Positions 19,955 through 29,800 of a stretch of 64,000 nt of DNA are shown here, piece after piece (position 1 is the stretch's first letter; every line of letters begins with the position of its first letter). Origin of the DNA: Betaproteobacteria bacterium (GTDB taxonomy: Bacteria; Pseudomonadota; Gammaproteobacteria; Burkholderiales; Rhodocyclaceae); NCBI GenBank assembly GCA_031403915.1, contig JANNGP010000175.1:7759-71758 (forward strand), written 5' to 3'. The translations under genes were made by a program, and so were the position numbers. The notes under the pieces were generated by a model. The model was not told the DNA's origin, did no database searches, and saw nothing but the letters and a program-made list of their open reading frames with translations.

Positions 19955-21007
19955 TCAAATCATGGGAGCCACGGCATCCTGAAAGCGCGTGTTAACATCC
20001 AGCACCTTGTCCCAACAAGACAGAAAAGCCTCAACGCACGCCGGATCGAAATGCTGACCGGAATTTTCTGAAAGATAGGCTCTCGCAGTCTCAACCGGCC
20101 AGGCTCTTTTATAGGGGCGCTCGGAAGTTAATGCATCAAAAACATCAGCCACTGCCACAATCCGCCCGAAGATGGGGATAGCCTCACCGCTCACACCGTA
20201 CGGGTAGCCCGATCCGTCATATTTTTCGTGATGCGCAATGGCGATAGAGGCTGCCGCCTGGAGAATCGACGACTCGCTCCCTTTGAGCAACTCGAAACCA
20301 AGGGCGGAATGTGTTTTCATCACCGAAAACTCTTCCGGTGTCAGCGTTGTCGGCTTAAGCAGAATGTAATCAGGAATACCGATCTTACCCACGTCATGCA
20401 TTGGTGCGGCTTGCAGTATCAAGGCCTGATCTTCGGCAGAAAACCCGAGGCGGCCGGCAATCAGGCACGAATAATGCGCCATACGCTGAATATGCGCGCC
20501 GGTTTCCGGGTCACGAAACTCGGCCGCGCGCGACATGCGAAACAACAACTCATGTTCCCGTGAATGAACTGCGGCGGTCGCTTTTCTGACCTCATCGGCC
20601 AACCAGGCGGCCTTGTCAGCCAACATGCGGCGACTGGCACCCAGTGCGAGCATATTGCGCACCCGTGCCGAAAACTCAATGCGATCCACCGGCTTGGTCA
20701 GAAAGTCAGTCGCCCCGTTCTGCAAGGCTTCATAACGCACATCCTTGTCGTCATTGGCCGTAATCATCAGGATCGGAACCTCTTCCCGTCCGGGCACCGC
20801 ACGCAGACGTGTGACAAACCGTATGCCATCCATCTCCGGCATCATGTAATCGACGATGATGAGATCAGGCTGGTTTTCCGAGCACCAGGCCAGCCCTTTT
20901 GGCGAGGCTTGAAAACACAAGTGCTCACAATCACCCAATTTTCTGACCAGCGCACTGAGCAGCGTCAGATTGATTTCACTGTCATCGATGATGGCGATTC
21001 GGTTCAT
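19955..21007 (-). CDS. Response regulator with HD-GYP phosphodiesterase domain (RpfG-like)
   Basis: REC domain (IAIIDDS...IVDYMMP), [18 protein letters not shown] and [14 protein letters not shown]; start moved to ATG 21007. Confidence 0.92.
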   Translation of the reverse strand: MNRIAIIDDSEINLTLLSALVRKLGDCEHLCFQASPKGLAWCSENQPDLIIVDYMMPEMDGIRFVTRLRAVPGREEVPILMITANDDKDVRYEALQNGATDFLTKPVDRIEFSARVRNMLALGASRRMLADKAAWLADEVRKATAAVHSREHELLFRMSRAAEFRDPETGAHIQRMAHYSCLIAGRLGFSAEDQALILQAAPMHDVGKIGIPDYILLKPTTLTPEEFSVMKTHSALGFELLKGSESSILQAAASIAIAHHEKYDGSGYPYGVSGEAIPIFGRIVAVADVFDALTSERPYKRAWPVETARAYLSENSGQHFDPACVEAFLSCWDKVLDVNTRFQDAVAPMI

Positions 21008-21184
21008 GCCGCTCTCCATACGCTCCATGCAAACTGGATTGAGTATAACAAAACTGGGGGTGTTCTCATTTATCCGCTGGATTGCGCATGAATGAGAACA
21101 CACCCCAAGCTCGTCGCACATGCAAAAACCCGTCATAATGAGCCCTCAAAAAACTCTTCAGAAGAGATTAATTGGAGATTGTTC

Positions 21185-21292
21185 ATGATTCACGCACTTG
21201 CATTTACCACGGTCAAGCCCGGTATGCTTGAGCAAGCCATTGAGGTTTATCGCACGCTGGTTCCGCAAGTCATGACAATCCGGTGCCGGTAA
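21185..21292 (+). pseudogene. Truncated ABM/quinol monooxygenase-like gene remnant
   Basis: GGAGA RBS followed by MIHALAFTTVKPGMLEQAIEVYRTLVPQV, which resembles an ABM N-terminus; stops after 35 aa, abutting the next ATG. Confidence 0.45.
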
Positions 21293-22084
21293 ATGGACTT
21301 GAAGGCTATGCAGACCATACGCCTGAGCTTGTTTACTATTCTGCACAAGCCAGTGCCTACCCATCGGGTCACACGCTATTTCAATTATTTTCTGGCGGCG
21401 ATCATTGTGGCCAACTGTGCGGCGGTTGCGCTAGAGACGGTGCCATCGATATTTGAACCCAATCGGTTGTTGTTCCGGGCGCTGGAAGCTTTCTCGACGG
21501 GGTTTTTCATCATCGAATACGCCCTGCGTCTGTGGGTCTGCGTCGAGCAAGACCGTTACAGCAAGCCGGTCAGCGGCCGACTGAAATATGCAGCGCATCC
21601 GCTCCCGCTGTTTGACCTGATCGTCATCGCAACCTTGTGGGCACCGTGGGATCTACGTTTCCTGCGCATATTCCGTCTCTCGCGTTTGCTCCGTGTGCTG
21701 CATCTGGAAGGACTGGATCACTCGTTCAAGGCCATCGTCGGCGCGGTCGGACGGCGCAAACATCTGCTCGTCATTTCGACACTGATGATGTTGATTACCA
21801 CCTACTGCTTTGCTGCCGTGCTCTATCTGGTCGAGCACGCAGCTCAGCCCGATAAATTCGGCAGCATCCCGGAAACCCTGTGGTGGGCCATCATCACCCT
21901 GACGACCATCGGTTACGGTGACATTACCCCGGTAACGGCACTTGGCAAGATACTTTCCGGAGTAATTCTGCTGGTCGGCATCGGCATCTTTGCACTGCCG
22001 ACGGCGATTGTTACTGCTGCGATCCTGGATGCGGGTGCGGATCGACCAGAGCGTTGCCCGCATTGTGGACGATCTCCCGATTGA
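21293..22084 (+). CDS. Ion transporter (voltage-gated K+ channel-like)
   Basis: Six hydrophobic segments, S4-like LRFLRIFRLSRLLR, selectivity filter TTIGYGD and C-terminal CPHCG. Confidence 0.9.
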   Translation: MDLKAMQTIRLSLFTILHKPVPTHRVTRYFNYFLAAIIVANCAAVALETVPSIFEPNRLLFRALEAFSTGFFIIEYALRLWVCVEQDRYSKPVSGRLKYAAHPLPLFDLIVIATLWAPWDLRFLRIFRLSRLLRVLHLEGLDHSFKAIVGAVGRRKHLLVISTLMMLITTYCFAAVLYLVEHAAQPDKFGSIPETLWWAIITLTTIGYGDITPVTALGKILSGVILLVGIGIFALPTAIVTAAILDAGADRPERCPHCGRSPD

Positions 22085-22118
22085 TTTGACTCCGGTCTGC
22101 CAACGAAATGAGAGAAAC

Positions 22119-22583
22119 ATGGAACTGAATTTACCTCAACTCACCGTATTCAAATACAAGCATGGCGACAGTGTTCCGCTGTCGCCAAAGCGCAAGCTGC
22201 TCTTCATCGTCAGCCTGATGCTGGCGCCCTTCATCGTGTACTTTGCCTTTCCGCCGGGGCTGATTGCGGCGGCGATTCCCTTCGTGGTGTTTTTCGGGCG
22301 CAGCGGCACGCTGGAACTCGGCCCACGCTACCTGATCTGCGGCGACACCATCCTCTATTACGCCAATGTGACGCAGCTGACCTTGCAGGAGGCCGAAGGG
22401 CGGCTCTCGCTGCAAACGGCGAGCGGCAAGCCCTTCGTGATCGAGCGAGGGAAATTCCCGACCAATGCGCGCAAGAAGCCCAAGATCGCGGCCAATCAGG
22501 CGGCCAAATTCGCCAAGGTTTCGGCACGGATCGTCGAGAAGGTGCGGCGCACATCGCCGGCAAACTCAGCTGCGGGTGCCTGA
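22119..22583 (+). CDS. Hypothetical membrane protein
   Basis: 154 aa from ATG 22119 with AGAGA upstream; two hydrophobic segments then a soluble basic domain; ends 4 nt before the radical SAM start. Confidence 0.65.
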   Translation: MELNLPQLTVFKYKHGDSVPLSPKRKLLFIVSLMLAPFIVYFAFPPGLIAAAIPFVVFFGRSGTLELGPRYLICGDTILYYANVTQLTLQEAEGRLSLQTASGKPFVIERGKFPTNARKKPKIAANQAAKFAKVSARIVEKVRRTSPANSAAGA

Positions 22584-22587
22584 TCTG

Positions 22588-24447
22588 ATGAATGCCGCCG
22601 CGCCGGCTTTCCGGCGCAACATCCACCTGCTCTATGTGCCGACGCTCGGTTGTAACCTCGATTGCGCCTATTGCTACCTCGGCGAGCAGACCACCGAGGC
22701 GGCGATCAAGGTCGACGCCGGTCGTGCCGTGGCCACGCTGCGCCACACGCTCGATGCCCTGCGCGCTGCCGGTGTGCTGGCCTTCAACGTGTCGCTGCAC
22801 GGCGGCGAGGTGACGACGCTGCCGGCAGCGGTGCTCGACGAATTGTTCGCGATGATCCGCGGTCATTACCTCGAACACTTCGATGCGATCAACGCGCTCG
22901 GTCACAAGAAATCGGCGCCGCACATCAAGACCAACCTCTACAAGTTCTCGCCTTTCTACGAATTGTTTGACCGGCACAAGGTCTCGATTAGCGCCAGCAT
23001 CGACCTGCCGCTTGCGCTGCACGCTCGCTACCGCACAACGCGCGGCGGCAAGGACTGGCTGGACAAAACACACGAGAACATCCGCCTGCTGGCGCGCTAC
23101 CCGCACGCCAAAAAGATTTCGGCCACGCTGTGCGGTGAGCATCTTGCCGACATCCCGGCCATCGTGCGCGATATCCGCTTCATTCACGATGAACTGGGTT
23201 TCGACATGAACCAGTTCAACATCATGTTTGCTTTTGCCTCCGAGCTGAACCGCCAGCGCCAGGGCGAGGCGGCGTTCACGCCGGCGACACCGCAACAACA
23301 GCAGGTACTCTACGACGCGCTACAGGCCGAATTTGCCGGCACCGATCTGGAAGATGGCCTGCGCCGCAACTGGTTCGACGAGTTCAAGCCGAGCTACTGC
23401 ACCAATGCCTTCAATTGTGGCGAGCGCTTTTATCTCCTGCAAAGCGATGGCTCGGTGTATTCCTGCGTGCGCGGGCAGGGCATCGAGGAATTCCGCTACG
23501 GCAATGTTTTTGAAGAACCCATCGACGACATCCTTGCCAACGGTGCGCGCAAGATCGCAGCGATCCATCAGGCGCACGGCTTTGATTCCAACTGTCAGCA
23601 GTGCAACCATCTTGCACTGTGTCATACCGGCTGCCCGGTGGTTAAATTCCAGAGCGGCAGCGGCCGTTCATACACCTGTGATTTGCAGAAGGTAATCTAT
23701 GCCGATAACCCGATGTCCTACCCGGCGGCCTCCCCAGACGCGCAGCGCGAGGACGCCCGCCAGTACCGGCTCGGCATGCACCCGGTGCTGGCCTTTGCTG
23801 CACAGGAGGAGAAGCCGGTGAAACCCATGAACGCGGTAGTGCTGCCCAACGACCTCGCTGAAGACAAGAACGCCCTGCGTGCGATCATCAATGCCGATCC
23901 GGTTTTGCAGTCACTCTATCGCGACGATGCCTTCGTGCTGGAACTACGCGGCGAGCTGATTCCGCTCGCCTCGCAGATTCTCAAGGCACAGACAACCTGG
24001 CATACGCTGGTCTCCGGTGACCGCATCGTGGTGCATGTGGCGCGTGAACTGTTCGACGCAAATTGCGAGGAACCGATCCGCAATACCCTTTACTTGCAGA
24101 TGTTGCGTGACACGCCGGTCGTCTATGGCGACGAGCAGCGCAGCAAGCAGGAGCATGTGTTCACCTACCAGTTGTTCGCCCACTGCCTGCAGCCGAGCGA
24201 CCGGCTGGGTGAAGGGTATCTGATGGCTGATCTCTCCGGCCTGATTGAACTGCACCGCGCGCACTACCGGCGGGGCGTGCTGAACAATCTGTTCTTCACC
24301 ACCCTGATGTTGCGCGAGTACCATTACCAGAAGCAGAAGGGCAACGCCTTCTACCATATTCAGGCGATCAACCTGCCGTTCCAGAATTTCGAATTTAATT
24401 ATTTCAACTATCTCAACCCCCATGCCGGGCAAGGAGAACTCCCATGA
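22588..24447 (+). CDS. Radical SAM/SPASM-domain protein with long C-terminal extension; putative peptide maturase
   Basis: CNLDCAYC (CX3CX2C), SLHGGE, and SPASM cysteines CTNAFNC...GSVYSC...CQQCNHLALCHTGC...YTC; start moved to ATG 22588. Confidence 0.9.
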   Translation: MNAAAPAFRRNIHLLYVPTLGCNLDCAYCYLGEQTTEAAIKVDAGRAVATLRHTLDALRAAGVLAFNVSLHGGEVTTLPAAVLDELFAMIRGHYLEHFDAINALGHKKSAPHIKTNLYKFSPFYELFDRHKVSISASIDLPLALHARYRTTRGGKDWLDKTHENIRLLARYPHAKKISATLCGEHLADIPAIVRDIRFIHDELGFDMNQFNIMFAFASELNRQRQGEAAFTPATPQQQQVLYDALQAEFAGTDLEDGLRRNWFDEFKPSYCTNAFNCGERFYLLQSDGSVYSCVRGQGIEEFRYGNVFEEPIDDILANGARKIAAIHQAHGFDSNCQQCNHLALCHTGCPVVKFQSGSGRSYTCDLQKVIYADNPMSYPAASPDAQREDARQYRLGMHPVLAFAAQEEKPVKPMNAVVLPNDLAEDKNALRAIINADPVLQSLYRDDAFVLELRGELIPLASQILKAQTTWHTLVSGDRIVVHVARELFDANCEEPIRNTLYLQMLRDTPVVYGDEQRSKQEHVFTYQLFAHCLQPSDRLGEGYLMADLSGLIELHRAHYRRGVLNNLFFTTLMLREYHYQKQKGNAFYHIQAINLPFQNFEFNYFNYLNPHAGQGELP

Positions 24448-24908
24448 ACGCTCCCGAACTGGCGCGCAGCGCCTATACCGTTGAATGCTTTCTCAATGCC
24501 TTGCGGCTGGATGACGGGCCGGCCCGCACGGCCATTGAGGAATGGCTGGTGCGCTGGCTTTCCGGGGCGACGCACAAAGCCGGCGATTGCGCGATCTATC
24601 GAAAATCGTCGATCGAGTGTTACAGCGGCGGCCGGATCATCAAAACCTTTGATCTGCCGCAGGCGAGGCAGGCGCGCACGATCTGGTGCGACGGCAGCAA
24701 GCTTTCGGTAATCGACGGCGAAGAGTTTTTGACGACCGGAAAACTGGTCATGCTCGGCGCGGCGGGCTTGGTGCTGACCATACCCGGCGTGACTGCGGCG
24801 GCAGCCGCTGAGGCGGCGAAGAAAAATACCGACAGTGGCTTGAGCGGCGGCGACACCAACTCGAATAACAACAATAATAACAACAATAACAATAACAACA
24901 ACGGGTAG
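24444..24908 (+). CDS. Hypothetical protein with Gly-Gly motif and poly-Asn tail; putative RiPP precursor
   Basis: AAGGAGA RBS and ATGA overlap with the rSAM stop; ends ...KNTDSGLSGG-DTNS-N13-G. Confidence 0.75.
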   Translation: MNAPELARSAYTVECFLNALRLDDGPARTAIEEWLVRWLSGATHKAGDCAIYRKSSIECYSGGRIIKTFDLPQARQARTIWCDGSKLSVIDGEEFLTTGKLVMLGAAGLVLTIPGVTAAAAAEAAKKNTDSGLSGGDTNSNNNNNNNNNNNNNG

Positions 24909-25008
24909 CAGGAACTGGCCGGGCTAGAGCTAGTCAAACATGGACAACGGGCTTGAAAATCAGCCATAATCCGCCGACCGTTTTGTTGCTCCTACTGCAG
25001 GCCATCCC

Positions 25009-25548
25009 ATGAAATTCCTTTTCGACCTTTTTCCGGTCATTTTATTCTTCGTCGCCTTCAAGTATGCGGGCATCTACACGGCGACCGGCGTTGCGATCGT
25101 GGCCACCTTCGCCCAGATTATCTGGGTCTGGATGAAACACCGCAAAGTGGACACCATGCTCTGGGTCAGCCTGGCCATCATTACCGTGTTTGGCGGGATG
25201 ACACTGATTTTTCACGACGAGACCTTCATCAAGTGGAAACCGACCGTACTCTACTGGTGTTTCGCACTGGCTCTCGCCAGCAGCGCCGTCATTTTCAAAA
25301 AGAATTTGATTCAGGCACTGCTCGCCGAGCAAGTCGAATTACCTGAAGCTGTCTGGGGGAATCTGAACTGGTCTTGGGTTGGCTTCTTTGTATTCATGGG
25401 CATCGCCAATCTTGCCGTTGCCTTTGCCTTTGATTTTTCGACAGACGTCTGGGTCAATTTCAAGCTTTTTGGCGGGATCGGGCTGATGCTCGTATTCGCC
25501 ATCATCCAGGGATTGCTTTTGTCAAAATACATTGAAGAAAAGAAATGA
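25009..25548 (+). CDS. ispZ: Septation protein A (IspZ/YciB)
   Basis: [23 protein letters not shown] and WVNFKLFG. Confidence 0.95.
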   Translation: MKFLFDLFPVILFFVAFKYAGIYTATGVAIVATFAQIIWVWMKHRKVDTMLWVSLAIITVFGGMTLIFHDETFIKWKPTVLYWCFALALASSAVIFKKNLIQALLAEQVELPEAVWGNLNWSWVGFFVFMGIANLAVAFAFDFSTDVWVNFKLFGGIGLMLVFAIIQGLLLSKYIEEKK

Positions 25549-25586
25549 TGCGCTATGCCCTCATTGGTGAGGATCGCCCGGCGTGA
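25545..25586 (+). pseudogene. YciI N-terminal remnant
   Basis: [13 protein letters not shown] overlaps the ispZ stop and the bolA GTG; resembles the YciI start M.YAI.GED. Confidence 0.5.
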
Positions 25587-25885
25587 CCCGGATGCCGCAG
25601 AACAACCCTGCTGAAACATTTGAGGCTCTGCTGCGCGAACGGCTGGCACCTCTCGACCCGCTTCGCCTGGAATTGATCGACGATTCGGCACGGCATGCCG
25701 GTCATGTCGGCGCTCGCAGTGGCGGCGGCCACTACCACCTGCTGATTGTTTCGGCCACCTTTTCCGGGAAATCAACCCTGGCTCGTCACCGGCTTATATA
25801 CGACGCTCTTGGCGAGTTAATGCGTAGTAAAATACATGCGTTGAGCATTCAGTCACTGGCACCGGAAGATGAATTGCTAACCTGA
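25583..25885 (+). CDS. bolA: BolA-family protein
   Basis: DDSARHAGH, GGGHY, LARHRLIYDAL and IHALSI; start could be ATG 25592. Confidence 0.9.
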   Translation: MTRMPQNNPAETFEALLRERLAPLDPLRLELIDDSARHAGHVGARSGGGHYHLLIVSATFSGKSTLARHRLIYDALGELMRSKIHALSIQSLAPEDELLT

Positions 25886-25951
25886 CTGGTTTACTCTTCT
25901 ATCAAGAAACCCTATGCTACACAATTGATCAAGACTAAAGGAATACGAAAC

Positions 25952-26737
25952 ATGCAGAAACTCTCGAAACTTGCAGCCGCACTGATCGTCGGTGCCATGA
26001 TGTCGGCTTCGGCGATGGCTGCCCCCGATACGTTTGTAACGGTCAATGGCGTTGCCGTTCCGCAAAGCCTCGCCAATGTCTTCATGGCCGAACAAAAAGC
26101 CCAGGGCGCACCTGACACACCAGAACTAAAAAAAGCCGTGCGTGAAGAACTGATCCGGCGCGAACTGTTGATTCAGCAAGCCAAAAAGGCCGGCATTGAT
26201 AAGAAACCAGAGATCGCCGCACAGGCTGATGCGGCACGCCAAGCCTTCCTGGTACGCGCTTATGTCCAGGACTACGTTGCCAAGAACCCGATCAGTGATG
26301 CTGTGTTAAAAGCAGAATACGACAAAATCAAGGCACAACTCGGCAACACCGAATACAAGGCACGTCATATTCTGGTTGTTGGCGAAGAGGATGCCAAAGC
26401 CATCATCGCCAACCTCAAGAAGGGTGCCAAGTTTGAAGAACTCGCCAAGCAATCGATTGACCCGGGCTCCAAGGACAATGGCGGCGATCTTGGCTGGGCC
26501 AGTGCCGGTAATTTTGTAAAACCCTTTAGCGACGCACTCGTTAGTCTGAGCAAGGGAAAGTTCACCGAGACTCCGGTAAAAACCGAGTTTGGCTTCCACG
26601 TTATTCTGCTTGAAGACAGCCGCCCGCTGGCCATCCCGCCGTTTGACGAAATCAAGCCGCGCCTGCTCCAGCAAGCACAAGGGCAACAAATCAACAAGAT
26701 GGTTGAAGGTCTGCGCGCCAAGGCTAAGGTCGAATAA
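25952..26737 (+). CDS. PpiC-type (parvulin) peptidyl-prolyl isomerase, exported
   Basis: Signal peptide; YKARHILV, SIDPGSKDNGGDLGW and TEFGFHVI. Confidence 0.92.
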   Translation: MQKLSKLAAALIVGAMMSASAMAAPDTFVTVNGVAVPQSLANVFMAEQKAQGAPDTPELKKAVREELIRRELLIQQAKKAGIDKKPEIAAQADAARQAFLVRAYVQDYVAKNPISDAVLKAEYDKIKAQLGNTEYKARHILVVGEEDAKAIIANLKKGAKFEELAKQSIDPGSKDNGGDLGWASAGNFVKPFSDALVSLSKGKFTETPVKTEFGFHVILLEDSRPLAIPPFDEIKPRLLQQAQGQQINKMVEGLRAKAKVE

Positions 26738-26760
26738 GACGCAAGCGCTACACAAACAAT

Positions 26761-26801
26761 ACGCCGGGACGGCCTCAAGCCTCCCGGCGTTGTGCTTTTT
26801 T
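26761..26801 (+). terminator. Intrinsic terminator after the PPIase gene
   Basis: Stem ACGCCGGGA/TCCCGGCGT followed by TGTGCTTTTTT. Confidence 0.7.
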
Positions 26802-26867
26802 GTACTTGGCTTCGGGCTAACAAGGGGTGAGAATAGGCCGGTGCCTTTCCTGTTCTTCAGAACCGAC

Positions 26868-29800
26868 ATGTGCTCACTCACGATCCGACTTGCTCTCTGT
26901 TTGTTACTGACCTTCGGTCTAAATGCGCAAGCCGCTGAAGATGAGGAAGGTTCTCTTCCGACCGATTTCAGCACAACGGCAGAACTCGAAAAACAGATCG
27001 CCGCCCCGCCGCCCGGTGCGGATAACCCGCAAGCACTGTGCATCTTCCTGCACAAACGCGGTGCAGCCTACTCCCGTCTCGGCCTGTACGACAAAGCCAT
27101 TGCCGACTTGAAACAGGGGCTCGACTTGAAGCAGCCGGCCACGCCGGACAGGTGGTGTGACCGCTTCCTTATGCAAGCACAGATCAGGGGCGCCCTCTTT
27201 TCATCCGGGGACTGGCTGGCGCTGACCGACTTCGCCCAGGCCGTGAGTGACGAGAAAATACACAGCAACAAATGGAACTACTTTTTTGTCCAGTTCTGGC
27301 TGATCGATGCCCATATCCATCTGGGTAAGCTACGCGAGGCGGAACAGGCTTTACAGCGTGCTGGCGAGATTATTCCGGCATTGCGTCAGCAAAACAAAGG
27401 CTGGGTCGCATACGGTGCCAATGTCCTCGAACGGCATAGCGCGTATGCGGCACGCATGCAGATGCTGCGTGGCAATTATGTTGAGGCCGAACGCTTCCAG
27501 AGGCAGGCGTTGCGCTACGCGCGTGAACAGCTTGACTATTCGCTGACCAACCGCTCTACAGAAAGCCTTGATAATCGAAACGCAACCCACTACCTGACTA
27601 CGCGCAAACGCGAGTTGGCCGGCATCCTTTCAGCCCAGGGGAAAACCGGAGAAGCCGAAATTCTGGCCCGCCAGGTACTGCAGGAAACTCTCTCACGCTC
27701 AGCGAAAAACACTTGGATCGCTGCTAACGCACTTAGCCTGCTGGGCAAGATCAAGATACAGCAAGGACAGATTGTCGAAGCACTGCGGCTGCAGGAACAG
27801 GCGCTCAGCGCGCTGGAAAACTCAGGTGCCCGCCCCTACTCAACCGCAATTGCCGATTTGCGTCTACAAATCGGCTTCCTGCTTGGCGTGCAGAATCGCT
27901 GGACGGAAGCGCTGAAAATCTATGAACAGCGGGATCAGGGGCTGCGCGGCAACGCCGCGCAGTTTGCCAGAACAGGATCAAACAACCTCACCTGGGCGAT
28001 GGCGCTGCTCAAAAACCAGCGCATTGATGACGCTGAAAAAATGCTACGCAGCATCATCAACTACAACCTCAAAAAGCCCTTCGTCGACCCGCTGTATTTT
28101 GCCCATCTGCGTGGCTATCTGGCCGTGATTCTGGTAGCCGCGGGCAAGAACAACGAAGCACTGGCCGAATTCCGCGAAGCCTTTCCCATCCTTGTTCGGC
28201 AGGCGGAAACCGACAACAGTTCCGAGAATGGCGGTTTCGTGCGCCAGTACCGACTGCGCCTGATCGCCGAGGGTTACCTTGAGTTACTCTCCCAACTGGC
28301 TGTCAATCAATTGGCTCCATCCGGTTTCGACCCGGTTGCTGAGGCCTTTCGGGTGGCTGAAGCCTCACGCGGATCAAGCGTGCAACTGGCTATTGCCAGC
28401 AGCGCCGCACGTGCCAACTTGCCCGACGCCACGCTTGCCAATCTGGCACGTCACGAACAGGACAACGCCAACCAGATCAGCGCGCTCAACAAGCTGATGA
28501 ATCGCCTGGCCTCTGCGCCGGACAATCAGCGCCCGGATAAAATCATTGCTGATATCCGTAGTGATATAGAGCGACTGGAGAAACAGCACACCGCCCTGCG
28601 TCGCGAACTTGCCGAACGCTATCCGGCCTACGCCGAACTGGTTTCCCCAAAACCACCTGCTCCTGCCGACATCCAGAAGGTTCTGAACAAGGATGAAGCC
28701 GCTGTCGCCATTTATGTCGCCGAACAGAAAACCTATGTATGGACGATTACCCCGGCGCGTATCGCTTTCCGCGCGATCGACCTGCCCCGACAACAAGTCG
28801 ACAAGCAGGTCACCTCCGTGCGTCGTGCATTCGACCTGAGTGGCCCTGGTATCCTCCCCTTCGACACGACCAGTGCGCAAAGCCTGTATGCGACGCTTCT
28901 GGCTCCTGACGAAGCGCTGTGGGCTGAGGCCAAACTGCTCAACATCATCCCGCACGGAACACTCGGGCAACTACCTTTCGCCGTTCTACTCACATCAAAT
29001 CAGCCGGGTAAAAATATCGCCGAACAACCCTGGCTGCTGAAAAAAGTCGCTGTCGCTCAGCAACCCTCCGCTGGCACATTGATCGCCCTGCGCGCACAGG
29101 GACGCGCCGAGGTGAAACGCCGGCCGTTCGTTGGCTTTGGCGATCCGCTATTCATTGTCCAGGCACCGTCCAAAGTTGCAGGCACGCGCTCGGTGCGCAA
29201 CCTATCCATCCGGTTCGGGGGAGATAGCGCACCTTCCGAGACTGAAGCCGCGACGCTCCTGCGGGGTTTTACACAACTGCCGCCTCTGCCTGACACGTCG
29301 GTAGAGTTGAACGACATTGGAACAACCCTGGGAGCCGATTTAAAGACCGACATCTTCCTGGGCAAACAGGCCACGGAATACAACGTCAAGCGCAGTGATT
29401 TATCGGCTTATCAAGTCGTGGCCTTTGCCACGCACGGCCTCGTTCCCGGCGATCTGCGCGGCCTTGATCAACCCAGCCTGGCCATGGCCAACCCCTCGCT
29501 CACCGACGACAAGGAAAACGACGGATTCCTGACTCTGAGCGAAGTGCTTGGCCTCAAGCTCAACGCCGACTGGGTTGTGCTCTCGGCATGCAATACCGCC
29601 AGTGGCGACGGCAAGAACGAGGAAGCCGTGTCCGGCCTCGGGCGCGCCTTCTTCTTCGCCGGATCGCGCCGCCTGCTGGTCTCCTACTGGCCGGTGGAGA
29701 CCGTCTCGGCACGTCTGCTGACCACCGAACTTTTCAGACGCCAGACCCAGCAACCGGAGGAGTCCAAAGCCGAAGCCCTGCGCCACTCGATGCTGAAGCT

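Noticed and set aside
22588-24908. Identity with darobactin/dynobactin, sactipeptide, ranthipeptide or PQQ/mycofactocin clusters
   Set aside because: The putative core lacks Trp, Tyr, Phe, His and Cys, and none of the accessory genes typical of those clusters is adjacent.
24620-24967. Minus-strand ORF with a poly-Leu tract
   Set aside because: It is the antisense reading of the poly-Asn codons; the plus-strand ORF has the RBS and translational coupling.
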